This document shows, one piece after another, positions 24,620 to 35,396 of a stretch of 64,000 nucleotides of DNA. Origin of the DNA: Perkinsela sp. CCAP 1560/9 (taxonomy: Eukaryota; Protista; Euglenozoa: Kinetoplastea); NCBI GenBank assembly GCA_965644495.1, contig CBFFSA010000016.1:1-64000 (forward strand), read 5' to 3'. The notes below the pieces were generated by a model that saw nothing but the letters and a program-made list of their open reading frames with translations, made no database searches and had not been told where the DNA came from. How positions within the stretch are numbered: position 1 is the first letter of the stretch; every line of letters begins with the position of its first letter. The translations under genes were made by a program, and so were the position numbers.

Positions 24620-26905
24620 TCAGGCTCTTTGTTCACCAATCCGAACCAAAGCTTTCCGGAAATGCCTGATATCAAGAACTTGAGTGGATAAGTCTTCTTC
24701 AAGTGCTGCAGTAGCTGCCTCACGCACAAGTGCGACCGTTTCAGCTCCACTGTAGCCACCCATATTTTCAGCAAGTTCGCTTAAATTCACGGAGGAATTT
24801 ACGGGCAAATCTTTTACAGAGAGATTCAGAATATGAAGCCTCTCCGTGAGATCGGGAAGCCCTACATAAATTTTATGGTCAAACCGCCCGGGTCGAATCA
24901 GAGCTGGATCAATGGCCTCAGGACGGTTCGTTGCGGCGACCACTAGAATCTGTTTTGGGCTCCTTTCTGCGTCAGTACTGGTGTTGTTCAGACCATCCAT
25001 TTCATGCAAGAGTTGACAAACAACTCGGTCGTGCACTCCTCCGCCTCCTCGGGAGCCACATAGTCCGTCTATCTCATCAAAGAAAATAATACTCGGCGCA
25101 ACGTGCCGGGCCTTTTCAAAAACAGTACGAATCGCTTTTTCGCTGTCACCTACCCACTTGCTAAGCAGCTCGGGCCCCTTCACGGAAAGGAAGTGCATTC
25201 TTCCTTCATGAGCCAGCGCCTTGGCTAGCATTGTTTTGCTGCACCCAGGAGGGCCATGTAGCAGAACCCCTCGAGGGGGCCTTACACCAAAACGAGTGAG
25301 TAGCGTCGAATGTGTCGTAAGCCACCGAACACAGGTCTGTAATTTTTTCTTCGTTTCATCTTGTCCTCCAATGTCATCCCACGTTGTTTTTGGTATTTGA
25401 ACTTGAAAGGACCGGAGAGAGAGTGGGCGGATAACTCGCAGAGCCGACATAACATGCTCTTTGGCCAGGCGTGAGCTTTTTCTTAGTGACTCGCTTTTTG
25501 CATATTGAAAAACATGAAGCAAATCTCGAGGAGTATATCCTTGCGTGCGTTGCGATACCTCAGAGGCAAAGTCCTCGAGGGGAGACAATTTGTTTTCCGG
25601 TATATTCAAGGAACTGCGATCCAAAATAAGTTCTGAAAATTCTTTCTCAATAGCGGAATCACGGCTATTTTCATTATCTTCGAGAAAATGGATCTCCAAA
25701 TTTTCGAATATATGGGATAAAAATGCATACCTATCACACTGGGCATCCAATGAGCACACCTCTAGGTCTAGAGAAAAATATCGTGGATTTACCATTTCTT
25801 GACCGCATTGGTTGTCGGTTGTGGTAGCAAGAAATAACACTCCACGACCCCTCCAATACTCAAGCGCATGTCGCAACTTATACCACAAATCACTGTTCTG
25901 TTGATCATCATCTGTAAAGAATAGGTCCATGTCGTCCAAAATTACAAGAATAGGAGCGAAGAGAGCGATGGCTGTGATGAATGATGGATCAGGCCAAGAA
26001 TTAAGGAAGAAATACGAACAAGATATTTCCCTTGTCAAAAGAGACAGAAGAGTGGTTTTGCCCGTCCCAGATCCGCCACAAATTCGCATTCCAGATCCTT
26101 GAAAATTAGCACCGCCTTGTGATCCTCTGCTTAAAAAGTTTATGTGAGTGAGTAGATGCGAAACTGCCTTCTTGTAGATAGGTTGAAAAATGAATACAGA
26201 TGGCTCCTGGGTGGGACGTTCCGTCAAGCGAAAACGTATTTTCGTGTTCAGACTCACGAGAGCAAATGACTCCAATGTGGATATAATAAAGTCTATTTCC
26301 TTCCGACAATGGTACACCATACCGGGCACAATAACAGTATCCATAAGTTCGTCCTTTACGGTTCTTAGAGATTCTGAAACGTCGCAAACTAGTTTCTTTT
26401 CACATTTTCCTACACGTCTATTTTCCTCCGAGACCGTTAAAACTATTTCGTGAAGTGTCGGAAGATATACTATTCGCTTGCACTGACATATCACGTCGTT
26501 TGGCAGCGAAATCATGGGTGAAATATGTGCAATGCCTAGATCAATACCTTTTTTCGCACGTATCTGTACGATGTGACTTATGTCTGAATTAGTTGGGATC
26601 AATTCTAAGGCAGCGTTCGATTCCACTTCCATTAATTTTAAAGTTTCGTTTGACGTGTAAATAATTGTGGACAAGTGATATGGATCATCGGTTTTATGAG
26701 TTGATAAATGAATGGAAGGGCCTCCCTTCTGAATCTCTTCACGATACTTCATCTGAGAACATAGGCCCGTAGATGAAGCAGCTTTTGTGCTGTATAAATG
26801 GCTTCCCGTACGAAAAAGACAGGATTCTTTGTCTAATTGGTTTGTTCCTTGTTGGGTCTTCGAAGCCTTACTCGGAACTAAAATTTTCTTTTTTCGGACA
26901 CCCAT
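24620..26905 (-). CDS. CDC48-family double AAA+ ATPase, AFG2/SPATA5-like; start uncertain
   Basis: D2 is canonical ([35 protein letters not shown]); D1 is divergent ([14 protein letters not shown]). GCSKT is typical of the AFG2 group. Confidence 0.85.
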   Translation of the reverse strand: MGVRKKKILVPSKASKTQQGTNQLDKESCLFRTGSHLYSTKAASSTGLCSQMKYREEIQKGGPSIHLSTHKTDDPYHLSTIIYTSNETLKLMEVESNAALELIPTNSDISHIVQIRAKKGIDLGIAHISPMISLPNDVICQCKRIVYLPTLHEIVLTVSEENRRVGKCEKKLVCDVSESLRTVKDELMDTVIVPGMVYHCRKEIDFIISTLESFALVSLNTKIRFRLTERPTQEPSVFIFQPIYKKAVSHLLTHINFLSRGSQGGANFQGSGMRICGGSGTGKTTLLSLLTREISCSYFFLNSWPDPSFITAIALFAPILVILDDMDLFFTDDDQQNSDLWYKLRHALEYWRGRGVLFLATTTDNQCGQEMVNPRYFSLDLEVCSLDAQCDRYAFLSHIFENLEIHFLEDNENSRDSAIEKEFSELILDRSSLNIPENKLSPLEDFASEVSQRTQGYTPRDLLHVFQYAKSESLRKSSRLAKEHVMSALRVIRPLSLRSFQVQIPKTTWDDIGGQDETKKKLQTCVRWLTTHSTLLTRFGVRPPRGVLLHGPPGCSKTMLAKALAHEGRMHFLSVKGPELLSKWVGDSEKAIRTVFEKARHVAPSIIFFDEIDGLCGSRGGGGVHDRVVCQLLHEMDGLNNTSTDAERSPKQILVVAATNRPEAIDPALIRPGRFDHKIYVGLPDLTERLHILNLSVKDLPVNSSVNLSELAENMGGYSGAETVALVREAATAALEEDLSTQVLDIRHFRKALVRIGEQRA

Positions 26906-27233
26906 CAAAGTTTTCTCGACCACGATAACATACTACCTTGGTAGCAACATTCTATTGGAGATAACAGTTGGGAATAAAAGGTGACATTTAACCTTTTAGC
27001 CCGTTTATACGATAGTAATAAGATATAAAATTCTAAGAAAATGTCTATTGATGCGTCACTAGCAAATTTTGATATAAAAACAAACCTATTCTTCAGCGCT
27101 CAACAAAAGGGGAGTGAAGAATATGAATAAGAGTATAAATAAATAAATTTAAGAGGAACTAAGTGAATATAAGAGCAATCATGGAGTGGTGCGAAAGAAA
27201 TCTGTTTCAGATGATGCATTCATCATCTCATCA

Positions 27234-28340
27234 TCAGAGATGCAAAGGTGACGCAGAATATTTCTTACACAATATCTCCACTGAAAGGTTTCGGCTGGTA
27301 TACTCATGTGAAAGAACTACAAACCCTACACCACATCTGTGTCGTGGACTATGTCCCCCAAACGTAACATGAGTTTCGAACGACTCCTCTTCTTTGCGAC
27401 GAAACGAGGAATAGCATGGCGTCACATCCATGGAATCACATGTAATTGCACTTTTCTTTTTTCCTGATATTATGACCTGCTGACCACGATGAGGAAGACC
27501 ACGACGAAGTGCGGTGACAAAGTGCGTTGAGTTCCAATCTAAAGGATGAAAAGGCTCTGCACAAACCAAAGAAAGATCTCTGCGCTCTCGTAGTCCAATC
27601 CAAACAGCGAAGCGATTGCGACTAAGTGATGTGTACTCTCGTAGTGCACGTATTCCCATTTCAGTTGAAAAGGACAAGATGGTGTACTTTGTGTCTACGC
27701 GAAGTAGACTTATGTGCGGACGGAAGGGACTATTCGTTTCACTGGAAAATTGTGTCGACAACTTGTGTAACGTTTCTAAAAATTCCTCCGGGCGTGGGCC
27801 CATTAGCTCCACAATGCGAACATTTTCATCAGATTCGAACTGCTTCGTGCTAAAAGGAAAAATAATCTTCTGCCACAGCCTTGAGGCCGTGTTGGTGATT
27901 TTTTCACAATTTGAACTCCAGGAACGACAATACGGCGTGACGTCATGAATTACATATCCATGATCATAACATTGGTAAATACGACGCCAGCATTTTTGCT
28001 TGTGCTCCACAGGTAAAGAACATTCGAACCCAAAAACACCCAACTCTTGAGAGGGTTGATCGGACATGATAAAGCTTTTCGCGTACATATGGAGGAACTG
28101 CTTTTCGGTAATAGAGTATGTCCACTTTTCGTCGTTCCGTGTTCTCGGCGATGTGTCTATCTTACCAGCATCTTTTTTCATAATTTTACGTTGTCGGGGG
28201 AACGGTGAACATGTTCTTCGTCGAAGAAATATAGGAGTTGATTCGCAGGAACAATTTCGAATAATTGGATGTTTGAGCACCTTTTCCAATGATGCCAATC
28301 TTTCGTGAATAACTTTATTCACATCAACAAAAGAGCTCAT
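27234..28340 (-). CDS. Hypothetical protein, 368 aa
   Basis: Long ATG-initiated ORF on the coding strand; no motif recognised. Confidence 0.7.
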   Translation of the reverse strand: MSSFVDVNKVIHERLASLEKVLKHPIIRNCSCESTPIFLRRRTCSPFPRQRKIMKKDAGKIDTSPRTRNDEKWTYSITEKQFLHMYAKSFIMSDQPSQELGVFGFECSLPVEHKQKCWRRIYQCYDHGYVIHDVTPYCRSWSSNCEKITNTASRLWQKIIFPFSTKQFESDENVRIVELMGPRPEEFLETLHKLSTQFSSETNSPFRPHISLLRVDTKYTILSFSTEMGIRALREYTSLSRNRFAVWIGLRERRDLSLVCAEPFHPLDWNSTHFVTALRRGLPHRGQQVIISGKKKSAITCDSMDVTPCYSSFRRKEEESFETHVTFGGHSPRHRCGVGFVVLSHEYTSRNLSVEILCKKYSASPLHL

Positions 28341-29005
28341 GACAAACTGCTATTATCGAATTCTTGCAATTTTCTAACGTTTTACTCTGAACATGTGGCG
28401 TAGCTATGTGTTTATCCTAAGCTGGTTATATCAGGGCAAAGGTGTAGTACGTATATTGTCTAGCATGTCTAATAAAAGCATGAGGACGAGGAATACCAAA
28501 ATATAGCAACAAAACCTAACTATATGTATGATATTACTCCTCATGTGATGTGGACTAAATCAGCGAACAGAATTTATAGCTGAGAGACAAGTGATCCACC
28601 ATTTTCCCACTTTAAGGCTATTTTTATGATAGTCCAATTTACATTTGAATTATATACACAACTAACGAGTGGGTACATTAAACTGCACCGTGGTCTAATC
28701 GCGTAGTCAAGCTTTGCGGTGCAGTTAATGTATATCTAGAAAAACAAACACAACAAATGTATAGAAGAGATATAAATACAAGAGCGTCATTTTTAGGTCT
28801 TCCTAATACATGTAGATGTACGAGTTTCCGTGAGCGAACTGCATTGACAGCGGCCAACCGAAGAAGGGCCAATTCTTCGTCATTTATTTAACACGAAAGA
28901 ATGGACTGAGGTAGCGTCTACAATTCAACCGATTTCAAAACTTTAGTTTTGTATATCGACACGGTTCGACTGCATGAAGTGAACTAGTGAAACTTAAGCC
29001 GTAAC

Positions 29006-30994
29006 TTACGAAAATAATTTCGAATATTTCTTTCTTTCTTCAGCAGTTTCAGTGTGCAAAGCCGAAACAATGCTTTCTCTCAGTGAACGTATTTCAACGT
29101 CTTCCGGGGCTTGAAGTAAAGCTCCATCAATGTCTTCCCGTGCTTTTTGTAGTTCACCTAGCTTCAAGTAGCACTGCGCTCTGCGATACTTTCCTTTGAT
29201 CGATTTGGGCTCGAATTCTAAGCATTTAGATAACGATATTGTCGCTGCATCGTAGTGAGATTGACGCATCTGAGACAATGCTTCATTAAGAAGCAAAGCC
29301 ACATAAAGGGCACGCAATTTATCTGATTCCATATTGTTCCGCAGACCGTAATCAACGTATCGCCACCCTTTCTCGTACTTTCTTGATGCATGCGCATAAT
29401 TAGCTGTCTGAAAAAGCTCATTTCCTCTTCTTTTGCATTGCTCAATCGCAAAGTGAACTTGCTTCTCGTCTAAACTTTTACCTTGAACTGTAGGGATATC
29501 ATCTGGATAAGTTGGGTATACGTCGGCAGTTGCCGTAGAATAAGCTTTTGACCGCAATCTAATTTGAGGGACCAATTTGCGCATATAATTCTTGTAATCA
29601 TTCAAATCTGATTTACTCTTTAATGTTTCAAGATTTTCATAAAGCTGTGAATCGATAGATTCTCTGGTGCAAAATGAATTCTGCGGAGCGAAAATCTTAA
29701 CTGTACTTTCAATGCCACAAGATGCTATCAGTGCCTCATTTGGGTGAGGGGAGACCATATTAACAACATGCGTGTCACCGGGGAGAATGGAAGCGACGCG
29801 CCCCGTTTGCCTGGACCAAATAAAGACATTCCCGCAGTCGCTCCCTGCTGTAATGTACTTGCCTTCTGAACCCACATATTCGACGCCTTTCAAAAATGTT
29901 TTTACATTTAAATGACCTGCAAAGGGTAGGTCATAGGCGCGAGTATAAGACGCGTCTTTTTTTCCCGGAAAGCGATTCAATTCAGGGTTAATCTTTACGA
30001 CGAAGATGCCGTGCCCTGAAACGCTGTAAGCAAATTCTCTACCTGTAGGAGAAAACGCTAACCCAGTGCTTGCGTGCTCAAAAGAACCTCTCAGAGATGC
30101 GACAGGCTCTGGTTTGTAACTCCGGACCAGCCTGCGAGGCTTTCGAGTATCCAACAAGTGTACACCAAGATCACAAGCTACCAAAAGTTGGGTACTGTTG
30201 TAAGGATTAAAAGAAAAACATGTCACTCCACTCTCCCCCGAAGGATTCGAAAGTCTAAGACGTGCGTCAAAAATCTTCGTGACGCAAGAGGGATTCCTTA
30301 TGTCGTACTGCGTCAGAGTACCGTTTTGACAACTTGCAGCAACAGTTGTGTAGCAATGCGGAACAAAGTCCACGTGATACACCATAGCAGGTGCGTAGCC
30401 TTGAGCGTCAACCGAACGTTGGTTGACTACAACCTCTGTTCGCGGCGCCAAAGCCGTTTCAGAATCCGACAGGATAGAATTACTTGCTCGTTCAAGCTGA
30501 ACATGCCTTATTTCACCGTCTGCCGCACATGTGATAACCTCCTCGTCGGAGCAGTAAGGTCTTATCCGGGCATCAAAGATATTTCCAGTATGGCCGGTCC
30601 GTGCGGAGTGAATAATAGAAATATATTCTTCACATATCGGTGCTCGGATGATTTTCCATAAACCTATAGTGGTGTCATCGCTTCCAGAGACAAGCAAAGT
30701 TCCATCACGGTTCCACCTGATGCTATTTACGCATCCTCGATGATATGAAAAAGCCCCACAAGGAGCCATGCGAGGTATTGCCTGGGCGAAAGCATCAAAG
30801 CCACGTTGTGGATAGGCAGAAAAGCAAAGTCTTTTATCTCTAACCTCTGTGTGTATATCAACAGACGCTTCGCTAAATGAATACATTTGATTGGGCCACT
30901 TCATTCGAACTTTCATCCCAAGACGAGCAGCGTGGTCACCCCATCCCCAATATTTTTCTCGGGGAGATTTTATGGGTACCTTTTCCAGACTCAT
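29006..30994 (-). CDS. DCAF8/WDR42-like WD40 propeller fused to a Cyp40-type TPR domain, 662 aa
   Basis: HRGCVNSIRWN..LVSGSDD, TGHTGNIF, GHLNVKTFLKGV, GSDCGNVFIW, ASCGIESTVKIF; then DVYPTYPDD, KRRGNELF, KGKYRRAQ, APED, KKYSKLFS. Confidence 0.88.
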   Translation of the reverse strand: MSLEKVPIKSPREKYWGWGDHAARLGMKVRMKWPNQMYSFSEASVDIHTEVRDKRLCFSAYPQRGFDAFAQAIPRMAPCGAFSYHRGCVNSIRWNRDGTLLVSGSDDTTIGLWKIIRAPICEEYISIIHSARTGHTGNIFDARIRPYCSDEEVITCAADGEIRHVQLERASNSILSDSETALAPRTEVVVNQRSVDAQGYAPAMVYHVDFVPHCYTTVAASCQNGTLTQYDIRNPSCVTKIFDARLRLSNPSGESGVTCFSFNPYNSTQLLVACDLGVHLLDTRKPRRLVRSYKPEPVASLRGSFEHASTGLAFSPTGREFAYSVSGHGIFVVKINPELNRFPGKKDASYTRAYDLPFAGHLNVKTFLKGVEYVGSEGKYITAGSDCGNVFIWSRQTGRVASILPGDTHVVNMVSPHPNEALIASCGIESTVKIFAPQNSFCTRESIDSQLYENLETLKSKSDLNDYKNYMRKLVPQIRLRSKAYSTATADVYPTYPDDIPTVQGKSLDEKQVHFAIEQCKRRGNELFQTANYAHASRKYEKGWRYVDYGLRNNMESDKLRALYVALLLNEALSQMRQSHYDAATISLSKCLEFEPKSIKGKYRRAQCYLKLGELQKAREDIDGALLQAPEDVEIRSLRESIVSALHTETAEERKKYSKLFS

Positions 30995-31387
30995 GAGTCA
31001 ACTAACTTCCCCCGATAAAGAATATTAATGCACTTGTTGTACAAGAATAACTTATCTTTGCATTGCATAAGTGCAATAAAATTTTATGACCTAATAATAC
31101 TACAGTGTAGGAGGGGTGAAACCATTCTGGTTCGGGGTCGGTTCGCCCTGCGCGCAGTCTACTCCCGCGCAGTCTACCATGCTAATTATTTTTGTTCATT
31201 CGTCTTTTTTATTCGTCTTCTTATTTTTTTAAAACATTGTTTTAATCCATTGTTGCCCCCCCCCTGGAACAATAACTAGCTATACGTATATAAACAATAA
31301 CTAGCTATACTGCACAATACGTGGCCACAGGCACAACGTACTAAACGTAAGTTTGCATTGATTGAGAAGTAATTTAAAAGGAATATA

Positions 31388-31683
31388 AGCCACGTTCCAG
31401 GATAGTGCACCTAGTAGGTATACTAAGTGGGTACGGTATACTAAGTAGTACTAAATTTTGCCTAAAAAGCAAAACAAAAATCGCGTTCCTTATCTGTATT
31501 TGCTAGAAAAATGGTGCCTTGACCTTAAAATTCGATTTCTTACCGTGCGAAGAAAAGTTGCTTGCTAGAAAAGTTTTGTCGCTTCCAAAAAAAGGACATC
31601 TCCCGCTCCTGATGTTGGGAGGGGGGTATACTAAGTGGCCTTGGGACTTAGTGAGCACGGGTATACTATCCTGGAACATGGTT
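31388..31683. mobile_element. MITE, ~296 bp, 19-bp TIRs, TA target duplication
   Basis: ta|agccacgttccaggatagt ... actatcctggaacatggtt|ta (2 mismatches); internal repeats of ggtatactaagt. Confidence 0.75.
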
Positions 31684-31926
31684 TAGAGTAAGAGGGTTCA
31701 AACTAGAAAAAATTTCGGAGGCATTTCTCCTATGAAATCCTAGAAGCTCTCAAAGCAGGATAATGAGAAATGTTCACCTTCCCCCCTTCTCTCAATTTTG
31801 GAAGAGAAACAATCTCAAAAATGGTATTCTATATATTTTTATCTTATTTTTTTGAATACTTTATGTCCGTAATACAGAATTATTTATAGTAATACAAAAG
31901 GTTTCTAAAAACTAGAGATTTACATA

Positions 31927-33051
31927 CAGGGGTGCGGGTCTAAAGGTGGGGGGTCTAAAATTCGTAAAAGTTGTCCAATTTTGGAAAATAATAGCACATT
32001 GGATAGCTCTCACAGAGTTGTATGTTTTAGGCGCATTAAAATCCTGTGATTTTAACGTACATATTTTTTGATACCATATTTCTCTTTTTTCCTTTGCAGA
32101 AATTACATTTTTTACTAGAAAATGCTCCAAAAGCGCGCTCGCTCGAGGACTTCCCGTGGAGGACTGAGCGATAGATCGTATTCTTCCCCCGCCCCCGTCA
32201 AAGAGAGCCACCGCATGCTGAAATGCTTGGTGGCGGAATACGAGCGCACAGGATCGTACTCCGCTGCGGCACAGCACTTTGGTGTTCATGAGAACACTGT
32301 AAAACGCTGGGTTGAACGTTTTACCCTTACTGGTGACGTGTTAACGGCATCCCGAGAGCGTGTTTCGACGGTGGTTACCCCTCAAACACGGCTTCCATCT
32401 TCATATTTTCCCTCCTCAAAATTCAGAAGGCCAGAAACTCACCGTTACGGGTGAAATTTTTGATCAGGCTATGAAAAAGCCACGGGGCTTTCTTCAATAT
32501 CTAAAGCGACATCCAGCGGCCACGATTGCCATGGACAACTGCCCGGCCCACAACAAGGCGCGTGCCACGTTCCGTGATACAGGAATTTCCGTTCTTCCCT
32601 GGGCTGCAAAATCTCCAGACCTGAATCCGATCGAAAAATTGTGGTCTGTGATGGACACAGACAAAAATCTTCTTCAACCCCGAAATCGACAGCAACTGGA
32701 AGCCGCTATTGAGGGGTCTTTCCTTAAATTGAAACAGACCCACTCTGCAACGGTTCAGAAAACGTTGAAGAGTTTCAGGAAGCGTTGTGAAATTGTTATT
32801 AGTCGGAACGGGGGGCACTGTGGTTATTAATTGTCTTTTGCAATCCAAATTACAGAAATTATTGACATCACTAAAGTATTGCAATATGTGTTTTTGACCC
32901 TTACATGAAAGGGGGGTACCCCCCAAACCCCGGAAGCTACCTATCCTAAAACATACAACTCTGTGAGAGCTATCCAATGCGCTATTATATTCCAAAATTG
33001 GACAATTTTTACGAATTTTAGACCCCCCCCACCTTTAGATTCGCACCCCTG
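31927..33051 (+). mobile_element. Tc1/IS630-like element, internally deleted, with ~105-bp TIRs and TA TSD
   Basis: TIRs 31927-32031 and 32945-33051 (ta|caggggtgcg ... cgcacccctg|ta). Confidence 0.93.
32122..32830 (+). pseudogene. Tc1-like transposase: N-terminal HTH joined out of frame to the C-terminal half of the DDE domain
   Basis: YSAAAQHFGVHENTVKRWVERF; MDNCPAH, PWAAKSPDLNPIEKLW, RCEIVISRNGGH. The segment with the first catalytic Asp is missing. Confidence 0.9.
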
Positions 33052-33060
33052 TACATTGTT

Positions 33061-33129
33061 GTTCTGAGAGCAAGAACGTGTTCTTGTTCTCAGAACCAAC
33101 AAAACACTGTTCTCGGAACGTCGAGAACA
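33061..33129. repeat. Two adjacent hairpins sharing the gttct/agaac motif
   Basis: gttctgagagcaagaac-gt-gttcttgttctcagaac (1 mismatch); tgttctcg-gaacgt-cgagaaca. Confidence 0.8.
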
Positions 33130-33519
33130 CGTGGAGTTAACTCAGCGGTCGTCAGAAACTGTGGTGATTTTCAGCAACCCTTGTCCTCATAAACTGTGTA
33201 GGCTATTGAAATTAAGTAAAACCATGCAAAATACTTTGAATATTATTATCATACATTCGCGAGTATCTAGGGTCTTGAGTACCTGAGTACCGTACTGGCG
33301 TACCGTACGCGTGGTACTCGGTGTTACCCACAACATAAAATACGGGAGATAAGAAAATATGTTTGCCATATCGGAGGGCTTTGGATAGCAGGGTTCGCGG
33401 AAACTTTAATAAAGTAAAATAAAGTTTAATTTTGCGAATAAAGTTACTATATAGTACTTTATTTACTTTACTTTACTATAAAACTTTAAAAAACTTTGTT
33501 TCTCTTTTTTTTAAAACTC

Positions 33520-33710
33520 GACCGAATACGGCTGCCTCATAGAACAGACTGTCACCTTCGCAGTGTACCTGGTGGATTATTATGCTCAGAGAGTATCCAC
33601 GCGACGCCTGGAAAACACACCTGTGCGCCCTCGGATGATCTTTGGGCCCGTGAAGCGCCAAGCCAAGCTCTTAGGGCAGCTTCACAGCCCAGGACAGGTT
33701 ACCAACAACA
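33520..33710 (+). pseudogene. IS30-like transposase N-terminal fragment (second, diverged copy)
   Basis: AQRVSTRRL..VRPRMIFGPVKRQAKLLGQLHSPGQVTN aligns with AYRVSKRRL..VRPRLICGPVERHIKKRLGQLHSPEQVAN of the 34316 copy. Confidence 0.8.
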
Positions 33711-34095
33711 GGGGGGCAACGCGTCTGTGGTGTATGGTATATGGCAGAATTCGAAGTGAGCAGCAAAAACAAAATGCGTTACAACGAAGAAAAGAATGAA
33801 TTTCAAGATTTATGTCGGAACATTAGCACAGCACACGATGTAACGTGTTGGAATATCCACTATCCAATGGATAGTGCTGCCACCCACTTTTGTATTTCAG
33901 AGGGTGACCCCCCCCCCCCCCTTCATACCTCCGTTTTCATTCCAAATGATGCATCAGCACCCCCTTTAATAAAGTTTACACGGGAGAATAAACCCTTTCG
34001 TAGTTTTTGTGTTCGGGTGATCGCCCACAACCCCGTCTTTGTAGCATGAATCAGGGGAGAAATCAGAAAAACATGCACGTTCATGAGCCCAGTTG

Positions 34096-34181
34096 GAGAG
34101 CTCTCGAATGCGCAACTATTTTCCAAAATTGGCCAAGTTTTACAAATTTTAGACCCCCCCACATCCAAATTTACATCCCTT
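34096..34181. mobile_element. Orphan right TIR related to the 31927-33051 Tc1-like element
   Basis: gagagctctcgaatgcgc..ttccaaaattggccaagttttacaaattttagaccccccccac..ccctt|ta is collinear with 32964-33053. Confidence 0.8.
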
Positions 34182-34315
34182 TACTTATAAAGAAACGGTG
34201 GATTATCATATCCAGTGCACCAAAAGTCTATTTTTGGAAATTCGTTTCTAGTTCTATTCTACTATAATCCCAATATCTATGCTGTATACTCTAACTATTC
34301 TTTTCTTTATTCTTC

Positions 34316-35255
34316 GTGTCAAAATATCAGAGGCTCGGGCAAAGGGACAGAGTCACCATTCAAGAGATGTTCGAGGCAGGCGCGACACGGTGTGAGATCG
34401 GCAGGGCTATCGGTAAATCTCATAGCCCCGTTAGCCGTGAGCTGGCCCGTCACAAGAAACGGGGTCGGCGTTACAAAGCCAGCCGCGCATACAGAGTGTC
34501 AAAGCGCCGCTTGTGGTAAGGCTGTGCGTCCCCGGCTTATCTGTGGGCCTGTGGAGCGCCACATTAAGAAGCGCTTAGGACAACTTCACAGCCCCGAACA
34601 GGTAGCCAACACCTTAGTTGTTGGCTCACAGGCTTCACCGTCCGTGACCATTAGTTATCGCCATGTGGCACGCGACAAAGACGACGGCGGGAAGCTCTAC
34701 AAATCCCTTCGGATTCGTGGCAAGCGTCCTTATAGGCGTCGCTTCAACCGAGGTCGCCCAACGATCCCAAACAGAGTCCCCATCCGTCTTCGCCCTCAGA
34801 TATTTAACAAGAGGCGTCGGTATGGGGATTGGGAAGCGGACCTAGGGAAGGAAAAACCACTCAGGGTACATTCTGACCTTGTGTGAGAGAAAGAGTCGGT
34901 TCGTTGTGCAAAGTGTGCATGCGGAAGAAGTTGCAAATCAAATTATAAAATGCTTAAAGAAGTATAAAGTTTGTACCATTACGTACGACAACGGTACAGA
35001 ATCTTCGAAACATGAACGGGTGAATGAAAAGCTTCGTTGCAATTCATATTTCTGCGCTCCGTACCACTCATGGGAAAAGGGGGCGGTGGAAAACATGAAT
35101 GGCCTAATTCGCCAATACCACAAGGCGACCGATCTTTTGATTCACTCAGCCTTACGGAGGTCACCAAGACAGCAAGAAAGTTGAACAAGTGGCCGAGAAA
35201 GGTTTTACGGTGGGAATGTCCGAAGAAATTCGAAAAACTCTTTTTCAAGGTTTGA
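34316..35255 (+). mobile_element. IS30-family transposase pseudogene, near full length, about 3 frameshifts
   Basis: YQRLGQRDRVTI..EIGRAIGKSHSPVSRELAR (HTH), HSPEQVA, LYKSLR, RYGDWEAD, ERKSRF, TITYDNGTE, YFCAPYHSWEKGAVENMNGLIRQY, LNKWPRKVLRW: the full IS30 motif order. Possible degenerate TIRs at 34245-34266 and 35285-35306 (18/22, AT-rich). Confidence 0.9.
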
Positions 35256-35396
35256 AGAGTGACGTTATGTAGGTAAGTCGAAAGTATAATAGTATAAAAG
35301 TAGAAAGTATTTCTGTTGGCGTTTAGTCGCTTTTTCAATATTTCCAAGCTATTTTCCTTGATGGTACTCCGAGGAAGTAGCTGACTACGGGCAGGC

